Shown: positions 56,212-64,000 of the stretch, one piece after another | Numbering within the stretch: the stretch's first letter is position 1 | Layout: the number at the start of each line of letters is the position of its first letter | Assembly: GCA_001643675.2 (NCBI GenBank) | Contig: LSRY02000051.1 | Span: forward strand, 575,646-639,645 | Direction of reading: 5' to 3' | Source: Monocercomonoides exilis PA203 | Taxonomy: Eukaryota > Protista > Preaxostyla | DNA: 64,000 bases | Position numbers and translations under genes: made by a program | Notes under the pieces: model-generated | The model's input: the letters and a program-made list of their open reading frames with translations, nothing else | What the model was told of the DNA's origin: nothing | The model's database searches: none

Positions 56212-59200
56212 ATGGCAGAAAAAACGTTTGATGATAAACTCCCTGGTCAAGGTTTGTACAGCTTTTATTACAGCTGAATTCACATTGTCTATTAATAACT
56301 AGCCAACGGCCATTCGTCCTTTACTGGACGATCCCTGTTTGAAATTTATTTCAGTTTTAATATATTTTATTAATGTTTAAATTTTTCCACTTTTAATATT
56401 GTAGCAAGTTTTGATTTGACTTTTGAGGGTCAACAACTCGTTGATTCTCAAACGAAACCTCTTAGTTTTGCGGTTGTTGGTCCATCTCTGTCGGGGAAAA
56501 CCACTCTTGCAAAGTTAATTGCACGCTCTTTCGGCAGTGTATTCATTTCACCCGAAACCGCTGTACGTTCGTGTATTCGAAGAAAAAATGAAATTGGAAG
56601 AAAAGTTTGCTGATTTTCATTTTTTTCTAAATTCAAAGATTGTTTTTGAAATGATGGAAAAAATTTTTTTTAGATTTCATCTGTTTTAAGTTCAGGACAA
56701 GCGATTGATGATGCTCTTGTTTTAGAAGCAGTTAATGCAATGCTAAAGCTGGAAGAAGTCGCATTTCGAGGATATGTCCTTGATGGACTTCCAACAACAA
56801 TTGAACAATCAAAGTTTCTTTTCAGCCAGAAATTTGATTCAGCACAAGTTCAATCTCCAAACAAAGGGTCAAAAACAACTTCACATCAATTGTCATCTCA
56901 ACAACGCACTTCATCTCCTTCTCAGCTTAGACCACTTTCACCATCACGTTCTTCTTCTGCATCTTCAAGTGCAAGACGACCTTCTTCTCCCTCAAGGCCA
57001 TTAACACCACCAATGCGTCTTGGATCTCCATTTGGTCAGCGACCATCTACACCACGCAACGATGGTTCCAGTCAAGCACGCCTTCCTCCTCTCGCAGGTA
57101 CCACTTCATCCTCCTCACCTTCTGCTCCAGAAGTTCGAAGCTCAACGCCAAGTCACATTCCGCCATATCCTTCCAGTGCTATCTGTCCATTCGAAACAGT
57201 CGCTGAACAGAAAGTGCGAATGGAGGCAGAGCAGTATGAGCGCGAGGCAGAAGAGAGGCGGGAAGAGAGGGAGGCAGTGGAGAAGTACTGCGAGCGGCAG
57301 GATGCGCTGCGAGCAGAAGTTCTTCCGCCAGATGTGTTTATTGTGTTGGAGGTGTCGAAGGAGACGCAGAACGAGAGGAGGCAGAAGCTGTGGATCAACC
57401 CAGTGACGCTTCGAACACACTCGATCTGCATCGAAGACGATGTGGTTGCGAAAATGATGGGCAAAAGAGAGAAGAGAAGGAGGTTTGGCGATGGCTCGTC
57501 TGCAATCACTGCGAGTGGATTTGATGGCATGATGTATGGGAAGATGGCAGGAGACGAAGGAAGAGAGGACAGTTGGAGGAGGATTGGACGAGTGGGCAGA
57601 GGAAGCGAAGAAGGGAAAGAAGCTGAAGAGACAATGCAGGAGAGAGACGAGGCATCAGAACGACTGCGAAGAGCGAAGGAATTTCTGATGGCTCATTTGC
57701 CACCGAAGGAAGGAGAGGAAGAAGGGAAAGAAGAAGGTGAAGGAAGAGAAGAAGGTGAGGAAGGAGAAGAAGTTGAAGATGAAGCAACCAAAAGAAGAAG
57801 AAAAGCAGCTGAAGATCCTCTTTCGTATTTGTATGACCTGAACGAAGAGGAAGGAGAAGAAGGAGAAAATGGAGAAGATGATGAAAGAGGGCAGAGGATA
57901 AGGCTGCGTGCAATAAAGGAGAAGGAAAAGAAGATGATGAAAGGGTTGTATCGGATTGTGCCACATCCACATTACGGCGGAGGTGTTGGAAGAGCGTTTG
58001 GAGAGGCGTCTGTTTTGGAAGATGGAGAAGAGGAAGGGAAAGAAGGTGGAGATGAAGAGGAAGAGGAAGATTTGCTGAAAGAGGAGGAAGATGATTTGGG
58101 GTTGTTGGGACCAGTAGAAGAAGGAGAAGAAGGAGGAGGTGAAGACGAAGAGCCACTGACTGCTGCAGAGAGAGAAGAGAAGATAAGAGAAAAGAGGCAG
58201 ATCTTAGATTCTCTGAGTGAAGAAGACGCACAGCTGCTGGCAGCGGTGCATTTGGTGCCTATCTGCAGCTGCCATGATCGCGTTGTGGTGGATGGAAGGG
58301 GAGAGGCATCGCTTGGAGGAGAAGAAAGAGCCGGGAGAGGAGTTGGATGCACAGGGCTGATGCAGAGGGAGGTGAGGCATGCGATTGGGAAGGACGGGGA
58401 AGACTGCACAGCACTCAGGGCATTCACGAGAGAGGCAAGAAGGATGGTGCTGGGGCTGGTGTTGGACGAGGAGACGATGGTGGCCGAGGGAGAGGAGGAA
58501 GGAGAAGGAGGAGAAGGAGGAGAAGAAGAGGCAATAGAAGCGAATGATGAGGAGCTGTTTGGTGAGGAGGAGCTGCAGCAGATGGAAGCTGATGAAGCGT
58601 TGATTGCATCTGTGGGAGAGGAAGAGGCAGACGAGGCTGAGGAGGATGAAGAAGAAGAGATTGAACCGATTTACAAGCCACGTCCACCAAAGGAAAAGAA
58701 ACAAAGACAGAGGAGAATGAGGGAAGAGGAAGGTGAAGAGGAAGGAGAGGAGGAGGAGGAAGAGGAAGAAGGAGATGAAGAGGATGAAGAAGAGCTTGAG
58801 CGAGACTATGAGAAAGAGAACGAGATTCGTGAAGAGCGGAGGAAGCAGCGGCAGAAAGAGAAAGAAGAACAGCAGATGCAAAAAGCGAAGGAAGTGGAAG
58901 AGGCGAAGAAGAGGCAGAAGGCGCGGGAGCATCGGAGAGTGTGTTGGGTGACGCTGCAGATGAAGAAAGAGAAGAAGAGACAAGAAAGGACTCGATTCTG
59001 ATGATTGTGAAGAGAGAATTCAGAGAAATCGAAGAGGAGACAGAGAAGGAAAGCAAAGCAGCAATGAAAGTGATGGGGATTGATGCAGTGTCGATTGGGA
59101 AGAAAGAGAAGATGGCTGAGAAGAGGAAGAAGGAGAGAGAAAGAAAGTGGAAGAAGAAGGAGAAGGAAGTGGCAGCTGTTGGAGATGATGTTGTAGCAGC

Positions 59201-62200
59201 TTTGAGAGGAGAAGGGAAGAAGAGAAAGAGGAGGAGAAAAGGAGAAGGGGAAGAAGGGGAAGGAGAGGAAGAAGAAGGAGAAGAGGAGGATGAAGGTGAA
59301 GAGCAAAACGGAGAAGAAGAAGAAGAAGGAAAAGAAGCAGAAGAGGAAGAGCTGAATGGAGACGAAGAAGAAAACGAAGAGGAGAAAGAGAATGAGGAAG
59401 GAGAAGAAGGTGAAGGCGAAGAAGGAGAGGAAAGTGTTGATACATCTGTCATTTCTGATCCGAAGCTGTTCAACTGGCCTGTTCATGAGATGCTTGTGGA
59501 GAGCGATCGATGGCTATTCCCGTTGGAAAGAGCAGACGAGGTGGCAAAGGCGAAAAGGACTGCATCTGCAATGATGGCATATCATATAGGAAGTGCTGCT
59601 TCTTCTGCTTCTGCTTCGTCTTCTGCTTCAGCCTCTTCTTCATCTTCAGCTTCATCTTCGTCTTCTCTTCTATCTTCATCAAGACATCTTTCTTCAGTTC
59701 ATTCAGAATCTGCCTCATCATCCTCCTCATCATCATCCTTCCATGACCCCTTCGATCTCTCTTCCCTCGAGCCTCTTCTCTCCTTCTATGCTCCTCGAAA
59801 GGGTATTTCTGATCCAACCACAGATGGCACTCCAACGACAGCACAGGTGATGAACTACGAAGCTGTCTCTGGATCAGCTGCAGTTGTGGCTGTGGACTTC
59901 CCTCAGAAGGGCAAAGAGGGAGAGATCAAAGAAAAAGGGAAGGAAAAAGAAGGAGAGAGGAAAATGGTGAGTCAGATTCAATCATCATCATCATCTTCTT
60001 CTTCTTCTTCCTCATTGTCATCATCTTCTTCTTCAATGCCACCAATTCGTTTATCCTCTCCATCTTCTGCATCTCGTTCACTTCTTGCCTCCCAATCTAT
60101 TCGTCGTCCATCTTCTCCTTCTTCTCCTTCTTCTACCAGTCGTGCAATCACTCAGCCACTTTATTCAACATTCCAGTCATCTTCCACTTCATCTGGCACT
60201 TCTGTCTCTTGCTCATTCACTCCTTCACATTCATCTTCATCTCAATCATCATCATCTTCCTCCTCCTCCTCTTCTTCTTCTTCTTCTCTTTCTCTTCTTG
60301 ATGCTCCTCCACTCCCACCCAAACACCCCCTCCCTCCTCCTCTCGTCAACCCTCGTCCAAAGCATCTCCTCCGCCTCTCTTCTTCTCATTCTCCCTCTGA
60401 ACTTCTATCACAACTAGCCACATCTATTCAGGACACTCTTCCTCTTCCCCCAGCCTATCCACTCCCTCCCTCCGCTGCCTCTTCCTTTACTCCTCTTTCC
60501 TCCTCCATCTCTCTCCACTCTCTTTCTCAACCACCTCTGTGCCCTTCTCCTTTGGATCCCATCAACCGCATCCCTCTCCTCTCCTCTTTAACTGTACCAC
60601 TTATGCCCCCACAGCTCCTGTTCCCTCTTCCCAGAGACAGATGGGCGAATCCTCACACTGGAGCACCACTGCCACCGCATCCAACAGGAAACAGAGTGGA
60701 TGTGAGTGAAGTGGAAGAGCTGAAGGAGAAGAAGAGGAAGATGGAAGAATGGGAAAAGAAGCATCAAAGTGAGGTGGAAGAATATGAGGATGCGTTTGTG
60801 ATTGAAGACTATGAGGAAGAGATAGAAGTGAAGGAGAAGGTTGTGAAGGAGAAAGCGAAAAGGGCTGAAGAAGAGGGTGAAAATGGTGCTGAACAAAATG
60901 AGGCAAATGAGAAAGGAGAGGAAGATGAGAATGCTCCAATGCCATTGAACAGAGAAGGAGAGGAAGAAGAAGGAAATGGAGAAGAAGGGAAAGAGGAAGG
61001 AAGAATGAACGAAGGAGAAGCAGAAGAAGAAGGCAATGAAAACGAGGAAGGAGAAGGTGAAGAAGGAGAAGAAGAAGGAAAAGGAGAGGACGAAGAGCCA
61101 GAGGAAGAATACATCACAGTGATGAAGACAGTCAAAAGACAGCGTCTTCTTCACAAAAATCCACCAAGAGAGCCAACGCCATTCAACGAGCTGAAGGAGA
61201 GATGGAGCAAGATGGTGGATGTGTTCAAGACAGACAAGGAAATAGAGAAGGAGCAGGCAGAGCAGAAGAAGAGGAAAGAGAAACAAAGAGAAGATTTGAG
61301 GCTGATGATTGCATTGGCCGAGAGGAGGCAGCAGGCAGCTCCGTCTGCTGTGCTGGAAAGAAGAATTGGGCGTCTGCAGAAGCAGCTGCGGAAGTTGGAG
61401 AGGGAGATGAAGCGGGAAGCAACAGACGACTCGAAGGAGGAAGTGAATGAGATGGCGAGTTATTTCACAAGGAGATCAGAAGAAGGCGAAAGAGAGGCTG
61501 AGGAAGGGGAGATGCAAGTGAACGGGCACTGGACAGAAGCTGAGCTGAATGCGGTGGAGACAGAAGAGGAGAAAGCAGACTGGGAGAAGCGGCTGGTCAG
61601 TGTGGAGTTTGTGAACCACATTCCACCAACAGACAATTCTCTTGATGAAAGTGCTGTGCTGGACTCTCTGAGCGAAGTGGCACGCACACACCTGGGGGGA
61701 CTGCAGGTGCATCCATTCTACAGACACTTCTGCCCTGTCCATTGGGCACTCCACAGACACGACAAGAGAGGAGGAGGAGAAAGAGGAGGAGGAATTGAGC
61801 ATCCGAAGCTGGTGAGGGGAAGCTTGCAGAACGCAGTGGGGTATCGTGGGTACATCTTCCTTTTGTCTTCGAGAAGAAGAGCGCGGTTGTTCGTGGCCAA
61901 TCCACGCAGATTCTTGAGAGTTGGCCCGCCGCTTCCAGAAGACTGCCCAGATGAGCCGGTGGAGAAGGGGAAGGACGGAAATGCAGATGAGGAAGAAGAG
62001 GATGAAGATATCAATGCAACAGATGGGAATGGCTCTTCAGGGTTGGAAGCAAATGATGATGAGGAAGAAGAGGAAGAGGAGGAGGAAGGAGCAGAGAATG
62101 AAAGAGAAGAAGGAATGGCAGGTGGAGAAGGAGAAATGAACGAAGGAGAGAATGAAGGAGCAGACGGCGCTGAAGGCGCAGACGGCACAGCTAATCTTTC

Positions 62201-64000
62201 AAATAGCTCACCGATTAGCAAAAAGAAAGAGAAAGAAGCAGTTCCTCTGCCACCCGTGAGCATTCCGCTGAGCAAGACGCCTGTTGAGAAGAGCGGACTT
62301 CGTGTTATTGTTGTTGGGCCACCCTTGTCAGGAAAATCGACTGTGGCGCATGTTCTGTCACGAGTACTCAATCTACGTGTGATTGATGTGGAAGACCTGC
62401 CTCCAACCGCATCGAAGCAGATTGCACTGGACGAGGCGAAGGAGATTGTGAGTGGCGGATCTATTTCAGCAGACACATTGGCTGCGCATATTGCAGAGTC
62501 ATGTAGAGCAGCTGATCCAACACCAGACGATGAAGAAGGAGAAGGAGAAGGAGACAAAAGTGTGGAAGAGGAAAAGAAGAAATTAACTGGAAAAGAACAA
62601 AAAGAGAAGCAAACAGAAATGCATCTAACAGCACTGTATACACCACCTGATCCATATGCACTGGCAGCGAAAGCAGCAGAAGCGGCAAAGGCAACAGCTT
62701 CAGCGTTACTTTTGAAGTGACAGCTGCCTCGCAAAAGGGGAAGAAAGGGAAGAAAGGCAGTGAGAAGGAGAAGAGCGGAGCAAGTGGAAGCAAAAATGAT
62801 GGAGACAAGAAAGGGAAAAGAAAGAAGACTCCAAAACAGCCGGAAAGAAGAGCACAAAAGACGAAAAGAAAGGAAAAGGCTCCAACCAAAAGGGGAAGAA
62901 AGACACATCCAACAGCGATGCCACAGTCGAAGGAGAAAGTGGCGCAGATGCAGAGATAGAGCCGATGCCGTATGCTGCGAGTCTGCCCTTTGCGAAGGGA
63001 GACTACCGTGGGTGGGTGCTCGACGGCTTCCCCGCGACGAAAGAGCAGGCAGCAGCGCTGCTGCGGTGTGGAGTGCAGCCAGATGTGGTTGTGGTGCTTG
63101 GGGCAAGTGATACGGATGAAGCACCGGCGGAGGCAGTGCAGGAGATCCAGCTGTCACTGAGGGCAGCACGAGTGGTGGAGGCAGTGAGGAAGGAAGGCAT
63201 GGGGAGAAGGGAAGTTTTGAGGGAGAAAGAGGAGATGAAGATGAGTGGAGCGAAGAGATGGGTGTGCACCCAGCAATTGTGGGGAGAGTTGTTCAAAAGG
63301 AGAGTGCAAAAGTGCTGCATCTGCTGTCGAAGGACGATGCAGAATATGCCAATGCTGCAGAAGACGATGAAAATGAGGAGGAGAACGAAGAAAGAGAAGG
63401 TGAAGGAGAAGGAGAAGATGGAGATGGTGATGAAGCTGACAATGATAATACCGATCAAACAGAACCACTTCCAAAAGAAACTAAAGATACTTCCAATCCC
63501 GGACTGTTTCGCCCGCATTGTGAAAGTGCCATATACTCTTCCAATGCACCTGTCACACGGGAGAGTGCTGCAATCTGTGTGTCCTGTGTTCCCAGAGCAG
63601 AAAGGATGGAAAGCTACGACGATGTCCTGCCCACTCTTTGGCTGGTCGCGGCACTTCTGCCCAGTCACATTCAAGGAAGAGAAGCGCACTGGTGGTGGGG
63701 GACAGCCAGTTCTGCATCTACCGCATGCTACTTGCAGGGGCGGAGCAGCAGGCGCGATTTATGGATGCTCCTTTCTATTATGCAGAAGGAGGGCCAGGCT
63801 GTGTGCCTCTGAGATGTGTGGTGGTTGGGTCGCACGGAGCAGGGAAGACAACAGCAGCAGAGATGATAGCGAAGCAGTGTGTGCGGGTGATTGGAAGGAA
63901 AGAGGTGATGATGTGGAAGAAAGAAGAGGAGATGCAGCAGAAACGAGAGCAGAGCTGGCGGCGGCTGGAATGAAAGCAGAGAATTTAGCAGAAAGAAAGG
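56212..64000 (+). CDS. Multi-domain adenylate kinase (AK9-like, flagellar); several frameshifts; runs off the window
   Basis: P-loops GPSLSGKTT, GPPLSGKST, GSHGAGKTT; GYVLDGLP and GWVLDGFP; two YHS-like 'RHFCPV...F..NP/AP' modules; long E-rich linkers. Confidence 0.78.

Noticed and set aside
57506-63169. Long S/F/L/P-rich minus-strand ORFs
   Set aside because: Reverse complements of GAA/GAG-rich coding sequence.
10185-64000. Functional cluster of ciliary and TRAPP genes
   Set aside because: The genes are dispersed among unrelated housekeeping genes, as expected by chance in a flagellate genome.

Overview
Eukaryotic nuclear DNA: intron-rich, AT-rich intergenic sequence, standard genetic code (TAA stops end RPS11, CSN8, NOC1 and TRAPPC4). 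The gene style and a 3014-aa beta-helix receptor pseudokinase suggest an oxymonad such as Monocercomonoides (inference). Two dense blocks of housekeeping and ciliary genes flank an accessory island. Block 1 (~0.4-18 kb): small barstar-like gene, selenoprotein thioredoxin reductase, CSN8, SAPS/PPP6R, TFIIF-alpha, DRC2/CCDC65, TRAPPC6, USP5/Ubp14, RPS11. Island (~18-38.6 kb): three families of TA-flanked non-autonomous elements including a perfect 196-bp-arm palindrome, decayed C2-domain and IQCH-like pseudogenes, and the giant pseudokinase. Block 2 (~38.7-64 kb): giant CABLES-like protein, NOC1/MAK21, TMEM231, TRAPPC4, POLE3/DPB4-like, AK9-like. Most notable: the TrxR ends G-C-UGA-G-stop (Sec), but by eye its 3' UTR has no textbook SECIS, only a K-turn/SECIS-like element with a CUGA core and an oversized apical region. 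Introns mostly use a GTTTG donor, with one GC-AG variant (GCTTG). Frameshifts in NOC1 and AK9 are most likely assembly indels. All family calls are from motif recognition by eye, not database searches.
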